Shown here: piece by piece, positions 46,901 to 55,833 of the stretch
How the letters are laid out: each line of letters starts with the position of its first letter
Numbering within the stretch: position 1 is the stretch's first letter
Source of the DNA: a virus
DNA: 64,000 nt
Direction: 5' to 3' (one strand)
Virus record (IMG/VR): IMGVR_UViG_3300024181_000004
Location: 2,329-66,328 of that record
Position numbers and translations under genes: made by a program
Notes under the pieces: generated by a model
What the model saw: only the letters and a program-made list of their open reading frames with translations
The model's database searches: none
Told to the model about the DNA's origin: nothing

Positions 46901-46952
46901 CGCCGCGGCGATCGTCCGGGCAAATCTCGATTCTGAGGAGGTCGCCGCTTGA
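43932..46952 (+). CDS. C5-cytosine DNA methyltransferase with expanded repeat region (1006 aa)
   Basis: Motif I DLFAGGGG, IV GSPDCTHFS, VI LENV, VIII YGAPTSRKRL, IX-X RELARAQGFP...VGNSV. Confidence 0.95.
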   Translation: MTALPQEPRRRARATRREHRRAQLRILGVHRSRLRPGEIGVDLFAGGGGYSEGYQRAVGQPPAVAVNHDAHAIAMHTLNHPEAEHWLEDVFHVDPHGACRGRLVGVLHGSPDCTHFSKAKGDVPKSKKIRGLAWAIVRWAAEVSPRIVSLENVEEFLSWGPLNRDGRPIKRRAGETFHAFVACLTTGLRAGHAAYADMRSALVGEPPVPCTKHPKRRRRSCDACTAFATSDYPRMPLARYRAVVKACQRGLGYDIEWRSLRACDYGAPTSRKRLYVVGRRDGEPICWPAPTHGPKTRKPYRTAAECIDWKDLGVSIFLEGDEARTFGVKRPLAIATQRRIAEGIRRYVLDNPRPFLVPYHSARRPEETPRTHDVADPLPTQTVENRFAVVTPTLMSNNTNNAPHDVDEPLGTITTGNRHFLVAPHLVGAGGPAQSGTPTSVDKPLGTVMPENNRCVVAPILTTANGHGFDAEGGAPTAPADRPMRTVITKDSKALVSPQLLNLSHGGRTEPADEPLNTITATPKGGDRALVAPQLLNITHGSPAESIEKPMRTVTAAHRGEKALIAPVLARTAHGEQGKNGRKRRGRGAHPVDETLPTVTGSNDMAMVAPTLIRTDMQSDGHLRGIGSVEEPLRTITTNGGHAVIAPTLIQTSYGEREGQAPRVLDLHEPLGTVVAQGQKHGLVETTLIPEEAATGFISKYYSDQGQRPGTTLDEPLSTVTTYDHNALITAKLGHEDDVAAFLVRNNTGMTARDLKEVLPTVCARETMSLGVAHITKFNTGSVGSAIDEPVPTITGGGGATRPAGAAHGLGVVTAHVITHNGKSIGSPAEAPLPTVTAGGMDHQGVVATHITKFNGTSEHGAPIDDPLHTVTAGGGRGGGHLGVAAVHMEKFYGEGGQWSGADEPMHTLTTKDRIALVAAFLRRHNVITDDREFVSVQIDGETFVLYDIAMRMLQPRELARAQGFPDSYKLTGTKSQQVARVGNSVCPDVAAAIVRANLDSEEVAA

Positions 46953-47359
46953 GCCGCCGGGCGACACATACCTACGCGGTGCTGGAAGTCTCCACGGCCA
47001 CGTACCGCGAGATCCGCGGCAAGCTCGACGCCGCAGGCTACCAGCACGCGTTCCAGGAGACCGCCATGGCAGCCGTTCGCGGTGACGGCCTCGATGTCTC
47101 AGGCATCGAGGTGATCGATATGCACGGCATCGCGCTCGCCGACGGCGGAGGCGGAGCCGCGCCCATCCCCATGGTCCTCCACTGCCCGAAGTGTCACCTG
47201 CAGCACGTCGACGTCGATGACGAGACGGGGAAGTGGGCTACGTCGCGGCGCCATCGGAAGCATCTCTGCAAGCCGGAGGACGGCGGCTGCGGACACGTCT
47301 GGATGCCGGCCGCGGTGCAGACGGTCGGCGTGAAGGAACTGCCGGAGGTGCGCACTTGA
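46949..47359 (+). CDS. Two-domain hypothetical protein with zinc ribbon
   Basis: THTYAVLEVS...; PIPMVLHCPKC..QHVD...H.KHLC..CGHVW. Confidence 0.6.
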   Translation: MSRRATHTYAVLEVSTATYREIRGKLDAAGYQHAFQETAMAAVRGDGLDVSGIEVIDMHGIALADGGGGAAPIPMVLHCPKCHLQHVDVDDETGKWATSRRHRKHLCKPEDGGCGHVWMPAAVQTVGVKELPEVRT

Positions 47360-47871
47360 AACGCCTCCTCAATCGCATCTTCCGCCGCGAGGAGATCAAC
47401 GGCGATGGCCGTTGCCCGACGTACTTGTTCCGTTGGACGCTGCTGCGCGTCGGGTCGGTCTTTTCGATCTACCTGCACAAGTTCGTCGGTGACGACTGGT
47501 CACTCGATCTGCACGATCACCCGAAGCGGTTCATCTCGATCGGTCTGTGGGGCGGTTATACCGAAACGACACCACGAAAACTCGTGAGCGTTGGCGGCGG
47601 GCCGTGGTCGCCAGCAGCCGATAACGGCTGTAGATGTCGGGGGTGTTGGCCGCTCGATCTCATTCGAGTTTTTCGCGCGCCGTGGATTAGAACTTTTCCG
47701 GCGCACCACATTCACCGGCTGACAGGCCCGACGCCTGAGCATCCTTGCTGGACCCTCGTCATCGTCGGTCGCGCCGTGCGCCCGTGGGGATTCTGGCACG
47801 CGCACACGTTCATCCCCTGGCGCAAGTACGTCGCCAGCGACACGGCGACGGCGAGGAAGGCGTGCCCATGA
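47356..47871 (+). CDS. Cupin-like phage protein
   Basis: TTG start; IYLHKF...LHDHP, HRL, WTLV...WGFW. Confidence 0.65.
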   Translation: MKRLLNRIFRREEINGDGRCPTYLFRWTLLRVGSVFSIYLHKFVGDDWSLDLHDHPKRFISIGLWGGYTETTPRKLVSVGGGPWSPAADNGCRCRGCWPLDLIRVFRAPWIRTFPAHHIHRLTGPTPEHPCWTLVIVGRAVRPWGFWHAHTFIPWRKYVASDTATARKACP

Positions 47872-48206
47872 ACCTCTCGCTCTTTGATGTTCCGACGCTT
47901 GCGCCCGCGGCTGCGCAAGAGCCGGTATATACGAATGTACATTCCGGTACCGACGTCCTCCGCCGCATCGAGCACAAGTCCGGCCCCTTCCGCAAGCTCC
48001 GAGAGATGACCGCGGCCGAGCGCGCCGACTCCAGGACGCCAGCCGCGGCGCTCGTCGATCGGGAGTTCCAATTTGTCCAGCTTCGCGACGGCCGCTACTT
48101 CGCCGAGTTCACCGATCGTCAGCGAGTGACCGCTCCTCGATGGGTTCCCGGTCCGTTCTTTGAGGATGCGCTGCGATACGGAACTTACGTGGAGGTCTCC
48201 GCATGA
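47868..48206 (+). CDS. Hypothetical protein
   Basis: ATGA overlaps. Confidence 0.55.
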   Translation: MNLSLFDVPTLAPAAAQEPVYTNVHSGTDVLRRIEHKSGPFRKLREMTAAERADSRTPAAALVDREFQFVQLRDGRYFAEFTDRQRVTAPRWVPGPFFEDALRYGTYVEVSA

Positions 48207-50779
48207 CGGCGCTGACCCACCAGGGCGATGACTACCGGGCGTTCCTTGAAGGGAAGTTCAAGTTTTCCCAGGCTCGCGGCTTCGACGTCGATCACAACGC
48301 GATCAATCCTCAACTCAAGCTCTTCACCCGCGACATCATCCGTTGGGCCGTGAAGGGCGGCCGGCGCGCGATCTTCGCCGCGTTCGGCCTGCACAAGACG
48401 GCCACGCAACTGGAGATCATGCGGCTCATCGGCGCGCACGAGGGCGGGCTGCGCCTCATCGTCCTCCCGCTCGGCGTGCGCCAGGAGTTCAAGCGCGACG
48501 CGGAGACGCTGTTCCGCGGCGAGTTCGCCATCCGCGTGAAGTTCATCCGCTCGGCCGAGGAGATCGAGGACGAGGAGACCATCTACCTCACCAACTACGA
48601 GTCCGTGCGCGACGGCAAGCTCGACCCGAACCTCTTCGTTGCCGTCTCACTCGACGAGGCGAGCGTGCTGCGCAGCTTCGGATCGAAGACCTACCAGACG
48701 TTCCTCACGCTCTTCGACCAGGTGAAGTATCGGTACGTCGCTACGGCCACGCCATCGCCCAACCGCTACAAAGAGTTGATTCACTACGCCGGCTTCCTCG
48801 GCATCATGGACACCGGTCAGGCGCTGACGCGGTTCTTCCAGCGCGACTCGACGCAGGCGAACAACCTCACCCTCTACCCGCATATGGAGGCGGAGTTCTT
48901 CGTCTGGCTGCATTCGTGGGCGATCTTCGTGCAGTCGCCATCGGACCTCGGCTACTCCGATGAAGGCTACGCACTCCCGCCGATCCGCGTGCACTACCAC
49001 GAGTTGCCGACGCCGGTCCCGGTCGGAAAGTTCGACCGCGATGGCCAGGCGACGATGATCAAAGACGCCGCGCTGTCGCTCAAAGACGCGGCCGAGGAGA
49101 AGCGCGAGTCGATCGCGCCGCGCATCGCGAAGATGCTGGAGATCATCGCCGCGGCGCCGCGCGATCACTTTATTCTCTGGCACGACCTCGAGGCCGAGCG
49201 CCGCGCGATCGAGGACGCTCTACCGGGCGTGAAGTCCGTCTATGGATCGCTCGACCAGGACGCCGCGGAGGCGCGTCTCATCGCCTTCTCGGAAGGCCTG
49301 GAGCAATTCCTTCCGGCCAAGCCTCAGATGAGCGGGTCGGGCGGCAACTATCAGCGGCACTGCCACCGCGCAATCTTCCTCGGCATCGGCTACAAGTTCA
49401 ACGACTTCGTTCAGGCCATTCACCGGATCCAGCGCTTCGGGCAGCCGCACGAGGTCGACATCCACATCATCCACACCGAGGCGGAGCGGCAGGTCCTGGC
49501 CACGCTCGGAGAGAAGTGGCGCGAGGATGATGCGCTGCGCGAGCGGATGAGCGCGATCATCCGCGAGCACGGATTGTCCTGCACCGGATTGGAGCGCGAG
49601 CTCGCGCGCACCATCGGCTGCACGCGGCACGTCGAGAGGGGCGAGCGTTTCGAGGTCGTCAACAACGACTCGGTCGAGGAGTACCGGTCGATCGAGAGTA
49701 ACCGCTTCGGGATGCTCCTCACCTCCGTTCCGTTCGGCACGCACTACGAATACAGCGCCTCATACAACGACTTCGGCCACAACCCGGACAACCGCGCCTT
49801 CTTCGAGCAGATGGACTTCCTCACTCCGGAGCTGCTGCGGACGCTCAAACCTGGCCGGATCCTCGCCGTCCATGTGAAGGATCGGATCCGGTTCGGCAAC
49901 GTCACCGGCTACGGCATGCCGAGCGTTGACCCGTTCCACGCCGACTGCATCGCCCACTATCGCAAGCACGGCTTCATCTACTGCGGAATGATCACCGTCG
50001 TCACCGACGTGGTCCGCGAGAACAACCAGACGTACCGGCTTTCGTGGACCGAGCAGTGTAAGGACGGGACGAAGATGGGCGTCGGCTCTCCGGAGTACGT
50101 GTTGATCTTTCGGAAGCTGCCGACCGATAACTCGAAGGGCTACGCCGACGAGCGGGTCACGAAATCGAAAGAGGAGTACACCCTCGGCCGCTGGCAACTC
50201 GACGCGCATTCGTTCTGGCGCTCGAGCGGCGATCGGCTCCTCACCGCCGACGAGCTCGCGACGTACGGACCCGACGTCATTGGCCGGCTTTATGAGCGCT
50301 TCAGCCTGACCCATGTTTACGACTACGAGCAGCACGTGCGCCTGGCCGAGTCGCTCGACGCTCGCGGCGCGCTTCCGCGGACGTTCATGTGCCTCTCGCC
50401 GGCGAGTCCTCATCCGGAGGTCTGGCACGACGTCACGCGCATGCAGACGCTCAATGGAGAGCAGACGCAGCGCGGCTTGACCAATCACATTTGCCCGCTG
50501 CAGTTCGATGTCGTCGACCGCCTCATCAATCGGTACAGCAACGAAGGCGACGAGATCTCCGATCCGTTCGGTGGACTCTTCACTGTTGTCGTCCGCGCTC
50601 TGAAGTTGAAGCGGCGAGGGCACGCTGTGGAGCTGAAGACGGAGTACTTCCGCGATGGCGTGCGGTACGCCCGCGCCGCGGATGAAGAGGTGGCGATGCC
50701 GTCGCTGTTCGATCTCGCCGGCGTCCAAGGCGAGAACGGCGAGCGACTGCCGGTCGGGGAAGGGGAGGGACGGGAGTGA
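48203..50779 (+). CDS. SF2 helicase-like domain fused to N4/N6 amino-methyltransferase (858 aa)
   Basis: FGLHKT, LDEAS, TATPSPN, QAIHRIQRFGQ; MTase TSVPF and DPFGG. Confidence 0.9.
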   Translation: MTALTHQGDDYRAFLEGKFKFSQARGFDVDHNAINPQLKLFTRDIIRWAVKGGRRAIFAAFGLHKTATQLEIMRLIGAHEGGLRLIVLPLGVRQEFKRDAETLFRGEFAIRVKFIRSAEEIEDEETIYLTNYESVRDGKLDPNLFVAVSLDEASVLRSFGSKTYQTFLTLFDQVKYRYVATATPSPNRYKELIHYAGFLGIMDTGQALTRFFQRDSTQANNLTLYPHMEAEFFVWLHSWAIFVQSPSDLGYSDEGYALPPIRVHYHELPTPVPVGKFDRDGQATMIKDAALSLKDAAEEKRESIAPRIAKMLEIIAAAPRDHFILWHDLEAERRAIEDALPGVKSVYGSLDQDAAEARLIAFSEGLEQFLPAKPQMSGSGGNYQRHCHRAIFLGIGYKFNDFVQAIHRIQRFGQPHEVDIHIIHTEAERQVLATLGEKWREDDALRERMSAIIREHGLSCTGLERELARTIGCTRHVERGERFEVVNNDSVEEYRSIESNRFGMLLTSVPFGTHYEYSASYNDFGHNPDNRAFFEQMDFLTPELLRTLKPGRILAVHVKDRIRFGNVTGYGMPSVDPFHADCIAHYRKHGFIYCGMITVVTDVVRENNQTYRLSWTEQCKDGTKMGVGSPEYVLIFRKLPTDNSKGYADERVTKSKEEYTLGRWQLDAHSFWRSSGDRLLTADELATYGPDVIGRLYERFSLTHVYDYEQHVRLAESLDARGALPRTFMCLSPASPHPEVWHDVTRMQTLNGEQTQRGLTNHICPLQFDVVDRLINRYSNEGDEISDPFGGLFTVVVRALKLKRRGHAVELKTEYFRDGVRYARAADEEVAMPSLFDLAGVQGENGERLPVGEGEGRE

Positions 50780-51078
50780 CGCATCGGACCGAGCGCTACA
50801 CGTGGCGGAATTCGCGCGGAACGATCTATTTCGCGCGCCACGGCGACATGCCATTCGTGAAGATTGGATTCACGCGCCACATGCGCAACCGCATGAGCAC
50901 GATCAACCGGGAGTGTTCCACAGTGGTTGAGGTTGTCGCCCTCCTTCCTGGCACTCCGACAGAGGAGCGGGAGCTTCACAAAAGGTTCGCCCCATACAAC
51001 ATCACCGGCGAGTGGTTCCTGTTTGTCGGTGAGGTAAGGGACCTAGTCGAGAATCTCGCCGCGGGAGGTTGCCAGTGA
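50776..51078 (+). CDS. T5orf172/GIY-YIG-like domain protein
   Basis: IYF...VKIGFT...R...ERELHKRF...GEWF. Confidence 0.8.
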   Translation: MTHRTERYTWRNSRGTIYFARHGDMPFVKIGFTRHMRNRMSTINRECSTVVEVVALLPGTPTEERELHKRFAPYNITGEWFLFVGEVRDLVENLAAGGCQ

Positions 51079-51929
51079 GGTACCTCCGCGTCATCGGCTG
51101 GGAGTCGTACCAGCACTACAAGAACCGTCGAGCGCCGTGGATCAAGGCGTACACCGACATCCTCGACGCGCTCGAACATCCAACATTCACGAATCTGACC
51201 GATGGTGCCAAGTTGACGCTGCATCATCTTCGGCTGCTCGCCGGTGTGACCGGCAACCAGATACCGGAGACATGGATCACGTCTGGCCACCTGAACATGC
51301 AGACGAAGCCGCGCGTGCAGGAGCTCGTAGCGGCTCAATTCGTGGAGTGGTTTGAGCTTGGGGCGCTAGCGAGCACAGACCAAGTAGCGCCAGAAGAGGC
51401 CGGTTCTCCTCGCGCGCGTACTCGCGGGCGCGATCGCGCGCACTCTCCCAACTCTCAAGATTCTTCTCTTGGTTCTTCTGGAGAGGGGAACGGAAAGAAA
51501 CAACCCACGGGCGCGCGCGAGCTCGTCGAAAGTTTCGCCGTGAGCGACGAGCAGCGTATGTGGGCTAAGGCGAAGTTCCCGGCCATCGACGTCGACGCCG
51601 CCACCGACGCCTGGCGCGACCACTTCCGAAGCAACGGCTACAAGACCAGGGCCGGCCCAATCCGAGACGCAGACGCGGCGTGGCGCAACTGGATTCGCGG
51701 CGAAGAGAAATTCAGCCGAGGAAAGCAATCTCATGGAAACCGAAATACCGGCGCAGGCAGACCCGTACCCGGAGGAGGAGCGGCAGGCGGACCAGGCGCG
51801 GATGGCGCTGATCAAAAGCGCGAATCAACCGCCGCCTTCAAGCAGCGTACCGCTGCCGACGTTCTCGCTCGACGGAAGGTGCATCCGGTGTCACCAGGCG
51901 CTGCCGGAGGGCCGAATGATGCAGTGTGA
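51075..51929 (+). CDS. Phage replication initiator
   Basis: GWESYQHYKNRRAPWIK N-terminus, low-complexity linker, WDAAWRNW-like C-terminal domain; upstream of the loader. Confidence 0.75.
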   Translation: MRYLRVIGWESYQHYKNRRAPWIKAYTDILDALEHPTFTNLTDGAKLTLHHLRLLAGVTGNQIPETWITSGHLNMQTKPRVQELVAAQFVEWFELGALASTDQVAPEEAGSPRARTRGRDRAHSPNSQDSSLGSSGEGNGKKQPTGARELVESFAVSDEQRMWAKAKFPAIDVDAATDAWRDHFRSNGYKTRAGPIRDADAAWRNWIRGEEKFSRGKQSHGNRNTGAGRPVPGGGAAGGPGADGADQKRESTAAFKQRTAADVLARRKVHPVSPGAAGGPNDAV

Positions 51930-52614
51930 GCACTGCGATGGCGCCGTAGCGACCTACCTGGCGCAACGTCCCGCGTTCAGCGATGCACTCCAAGGCCAAC
52001 ACATACCGAGTGAAGCCGAGGTCGTTGCTCTCCGCCTGCGCGCCTCAGGATTGCCGGAGGACTACACCAACGGCGCGCGCGGCTTCGCGTCCTTGCCGGA
52101 CATCACCGCCGACGCCGTGACGATGTGTCAGATGCTGGGTCGCGGCGTGTCTGGGCTCTACATCTGGGGCGAGCCTGGCACCTACAAAACGTCGGTCGCC
52201 GCAGCTCATCTCGCGCACGAGATCCACGCTGGCGCATCCGGAACGTACGTCTTCGTCCCGGACCTGATGGACGAGATCCTCGCGAGTTACGCCGACGAGT
52301 CGGACGAAACGGCGCTGGCCATCATCGCGCGACTCATTGCCACGCCGCGGCTGATCCTCGACGAGCTCGGAAAGGAAAAGCGCTCCGAGCACTCGGCGCG
52401 GAGGATCTTCCAGATCCTCGACGGCCGCTACCGACGGACCGAGGCGGACCGCTGGCTCATCGTCATCAGCAAGGACCCTCTGGCGGCGCTGTGCGGCGGC
52501 TATCACGACGACTTCGCTGGACCAATCTGCCGCCGACTTTCCGAGATGACCGTCAGCGTGCCAATGGAGCGCGACATCGCGTTCAACTCGAATACCCAGG
52601 AGACCGGACGATGA
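51733..52614 (+). CDS. DnaC/IstB-like AAA+ helicase loader
   Basis: Walker A GEPGTYKT, Walker B LILDELG, RRLSEM; start uncertain. Confidence 0.88.
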   Translation: METEIPAQADPYPEEERQADQARMALIKSANQPPPSSSVPLPTFSLDGRCIRCHQALPEGRMMQCEHCDGAVATYLAQRPAFSDALQGQHIPSEAEVVALRLRASGLPEDYTNGARGFASLPDITADAVTMCQMLGRGVSGLYIWGEPGTYKTSVAAAHLAHEIHAGASGTYVFVPDLMDEILASYADESDETALAIIARLIATPRLILDELGKEKRSEHSARRIFQILDGRYRRTEADRWLIVISKDPLAALCGGYHDDFAGPICRRLSEMTVSVPMERDIAFNSNTQETGR

Positions 52615-52919
52615 CAGTCGACGAGAAACTCCAACTCATCATCGGCGACCTGATCGAAGCCGGTATCACCGCAGAGCAGGCGATCGGATCGTTCGAGAAG
52701 AAGTATTTCACCGCAGCGCTGCGAAGAACTGGCGGCAACGTTACGGCGGCATCGGCGCTCCTTGGCGTTCACCGCAACACCGTCCACGCACGGCTCCGTG
52801 ATTACCGGTTCGGTGATCTCTCCAGTGAGCACCGCAGCCTCATCCGAACCGCACGCGAAGCGCAGCAGCAGGCCAAGAAGGTCAGGGCGCAGATGCGTGG
52901 ATCGAGGAGGCCACGATGA
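52611..52919 (+). CDS. Fis-type HTH protein
   Basis: FEKKYFTAALRRTGGNVTAASALLGVHRNTV. Confidence 0.8.
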   Translation: MTVDEKLQLIIGDLIEAGITAEQAIGSFEKKYFTAALRRTGGNVTAASALLGVHRNTVHARLRDYRFGDLSSEHRSLIRTAREAQQQAKKVRAQMRGSRRPR

Positions 52920-54058
52920 CGACGATAGCCACTCGCCGACAATGCCAAGGGCTCCGCGAGCTCGGCGACGACACCGTCCAGTGCGAGAACGCCGCGGAGT
53001 GGAGTGTCGACGGCATTCACGCGTGCTCCGAGTGCATCGCCACCTTTTGCCGCGATGAGGGAGCGACGGTGGTGGTGGCGATCGAGGACGGCGCGATCGC
53101 TGGCTCGGCAGCGGGCGAAAATCTTCGGCTGAGCGACGACCCATATCAATCGGGCCTCCTGAATCCTGCGCCGCAGGTGTACTTCCGCGCCGGACTGATC
53201 GCCTGCCGCGAATACATGGCTCGCTTCGTCGAGTCATCAGATCCCGTGATCGCGGCTTCAATCCGCGCGAACTGGTGGCCAAGACTCGGCGAGGACCTCG
53301 GCAGGCCGCGACAGATCGCGTGGGGCGAGTTGACGGCCGGCGAGTTCGGAACCGAAGGCTTTCGCATCAAGACGACCGCGGAGATCTCGCCGACTCTAGA
53401 GGCGCTACCGATCGCGGCGCACTTCCTCGGCGATGGCGCAACCGTGCCGGTAGGAGAGTCGACGTCACCCGCTCTCCCGACCGTGCAGCCGCGAGGAGAG
53501 GACATCGCGGGGCTACGGCGACAACTCGAAGTCGCGATAGAGAGTCGCGAGATGGTCGAGAAGGCCACCGTCCACCGCTGCAAGGAATGCGGAATGCTCT
53601 GGCGGAAGTGGGGCGGGGACGGCGGATGGTCGCTCCTCAACACGGACCAGAAGCCGGGCAAGTGCTGCGACAACGTCGCGATGGACGAGCAGATCGAGGA
53701 GATCGATCTGGCGAAGGGGTACCAGCGGCTTCACGCACTGATCAACACGCCACTCACGGACGATTTCCTCCAGGCGGTGACAGTCGAAGCGGCGCACCAG
53801 GTTGAGCGGTGGGGCGCCGAGCACGACGACGGCAAGACCGACGCCGATTGGTTTTGGCTCCTCGGCTACCTCGGCACAAAGGCTCTGCTCAACCCTGGCG
53901 ACGATCACGAGAAGAAGTTGCACCGCATCATCACCGTCGGTGCTGCGGCCTTCAACTGGTGGAAGCGAACGCGCGGGATTGATCTTCGGATGCGTCCCGG
54001 CATCGCAGAGCCGACGGCCGCAGAGGTAACGCCGGCGCAGGAGGCGAGCGGTTCATGA
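52916..54058 (+). CDS. Mosaic multidomain protein with C-terminal MazG-like helical domain
   Basis: Two Cys clusters plus EAAHQVERWG.EHD.GK..ADWFWLLGYL. Confidence 0.5.
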   Translation: MTTIATRRQCQGLRELGDDTVQCENAAEWSVDGIHACSECIATFCRDEGATVVVAIEDGAIAGSAAGENLRLSDDPYQSGLLNPAPQVYFRAGLIACREYMARFVESSDPVIAASIRANWWPRLGEDLGRPRQIAWGELTAGEFGTEGFRIKTTAEISPTLEALPIAAHFLGDGATVPVGESTSPALPTVQPRGEDIAGLRRQLEVAIESREMVEKATVHRCKECGMLWRKWGGDGGWSLLNTDQKPGKCCDNVAMDEQIEEIDLAKGYQRLHALINTPLTDDFLQAVTVEAAHQVERWGAEHDDGKTDADWFWLLGYLGTKALLNPGDDHEKKLHRIITVGAAAFNWWKRTRGIDLRMRPGIAEPTAAEVTPAQEASGS

Positions 54059-55833
54059 AGCAGATCACGCTGAGCGCGTCCGGATCGCATCCCGGAGTCC
54101 ACGTCGACCTCCTGAAGTTGATCGACACCCGGCTGCTCGTCCAGGCCAACAGCGGCGGCGGGAAGAGCTGGCTCCTGCGCCTGCTCGCGGAGCGCGCCGG
54201 TGAGCACCTGCAGACCATCGTGCTCGACAACGAGGGAGAGTTCGCGACGCTGCGCGAAAAGTTGGACATGGTCCTCGTCGGCAGCGACGGCGATCTGCCG
54301 GCAAACCCGCGGGCGGCGACGCTGCTCGCGCGGCGCTTGCTCGAAACGCAGGTATCGGCGGTCGTCGACCTCTACGAGTTGAAGTTGCAGGACCGCCGGA
54401 GTTTCGTGAAGCTGTTCCTCGAAAGCCTGATCCATCTGCCGCGCGGATTGTGGAAGCCGACGCTGGTCCTCATCGACGAGGCGCACCTCTACTGCCCTGA
54501 GCGCGGCGCGGGTGACGCCGAATCTACCGACGCCGTGATCTCGCTGATGGCCCAGGGTAGGAAGCGCGGCTTCTGCGGAGTGCTGGCCACGCAGCGGCTC
54601 TCGAAACTCCACAAGGACGCGGCGGCCGAGTGCAACAACGTTCTGATCGGCCGAACGAGTCTCGACAACGACCAGTTGCGTGCTGGCGACATCCTCGGCA
54701 TGTCCAAAGCGGATCGTCTCGAACTGCGGAATCTCGACGCGGGCGAGTGGTACGGATTCGGCCCGGCATTCTCAGAACGCGGTGTGTTTCGGTTCAAGGC
54801 CGGCGCCGTGGCGACGACGCACCCGAAGCCAGGCGAACGACACACCCTCTCGGCGCCGGCGCCATCAGCGAAGGTGAAGTCCGCGCTGGCGAAGTTGGCC
54901 GATCTACCGCAACAGGCCGAGACAGAGATCCGCGACCTGGCCACGGCGAAGCGCGAGCTCGCGGACCGTGACCGGGAAATCCGGCAACTCAAGAGCGGCG
55001 CGCCGGTCGTCATCGCGCCGGCGAAAGAGCCAAAGTTCGACGCCGCGAAGCTCCGCGCGATGGCGAAGAAGGAAGGCGACCGAGCTGTCGCGCGCGTCCT
55101 CCGTCCTCACCTCGTGGCCATGCGGAGATTCCTCGCCGCACACGACAGCACCATCGAGAAGATGTCGAAGGAGCGGCAGGAGTTGGCGGCGCTCGTCGCT
55201 CTGGCCGAGGAGGTCGAGAAGGCGGGCGTAGAGGTGGCGGAGGTGCAGGCGCTGCGGATCGTGGCGCCGCGGCCGACACCGCCGGCACGGATGGAGCCGA
55301 GAGTACGCGCGACGCCGCCGACGACAGTAGAAGGGAACGGCCACGTCTCGGCTGTAGAGCAGAAAATTCTGAATGAATTGGCCGAGCTGGAGGCGATGGG
55401 CATCGCGCAGCCGGACAAGGCGCAACTCGGCCTCATGTGCGGTTACACGAATCCACGCAGCGGCGGCTTCAGCGAACCGCTGGCGCGGCTCGTCTCCGGC
55501 GGACTCGTGACGTATCCGAGGCCGGGAGCTGTGGCGATCACCGACGCCGGCCGCGGCACGGCAGCAGCAGTCGATAGCCCGCGCTCAACAGCCGAGCTCC
55601 AACGCCGCATCCTCGACAAGCTCGACAAGCCGATGGCGGCGATCCTTGGGGCCCTGATCAACGTCTACCCGAACGCGGCCGACAAGGACGCCCTCGGCCG
55701 ATCATTGGGCTACACGAACCCTCGGTCCGGCGGGTTCTCTGAACCGATGGCGGACCTGAAGACGCTCGGCCTCATCACGTACCCGCGCCGCGGTGAAGCG
55801 GCTGCGGCGAAGGCGCTCTTTCTGGAGTCGTGA
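54055..55833 (+). CDS. HerA/FtsK-like ATPase (DUF87-like) with tandem C-terminal winged helices
   Basis: ANSGGGKS, IDEAH, ATQR; duplicated GYTNPRSGGFSEP modules. Confidence 0.85.
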   Translation: MKQITLSASGSHPGVHVDLLKLIDTRLLVQANSGGGKSWLLRLLAERAGEHLQTIVLDNEGEFATLREKLDMVLVGSDGDLPANPRAATLLARRLLETQVSAVVDLYELKLQDRRSFVKLFLESLIHLPRGLWKPTLVLIDEAHLYCPERGAGDAESTDAVISLMAQGRKRGFCGVLATQRLSKLHKDAAAECNNVLIGRTSLDNDQLRAGDILGMSKADRLELRNLDAGEWYGFGPAFSERGVFRFKAGAVATTHPKPGERHTLSAPAPSAKVKSALAKLADLPQQAETEIRDLATAKRELADRDREIRQLKSGAPVVIAPAKEPKFDAAKLRAMAKKEGDRAVARVLRPHLVAMRRFLAAHDSTIEKMSKERQELAALVALAEEVEKAGVEVAEVQALRIVAPRPTPPARMEPRVRATPPTTVEGNGHVSAVEQKILNELAELEAMGIAQPDKAQLGLMCGYTNPRSGGFSEPLARLVSGGLVTYPRPGAVAITDAGRGTAAAVDSPRSTAELQRRILDKLDKPMAAILGALINVYPNAADKDALGRSLGYTNPRSGGFSEPMADLKTLGLITYPRRGEAAAAKALFLES

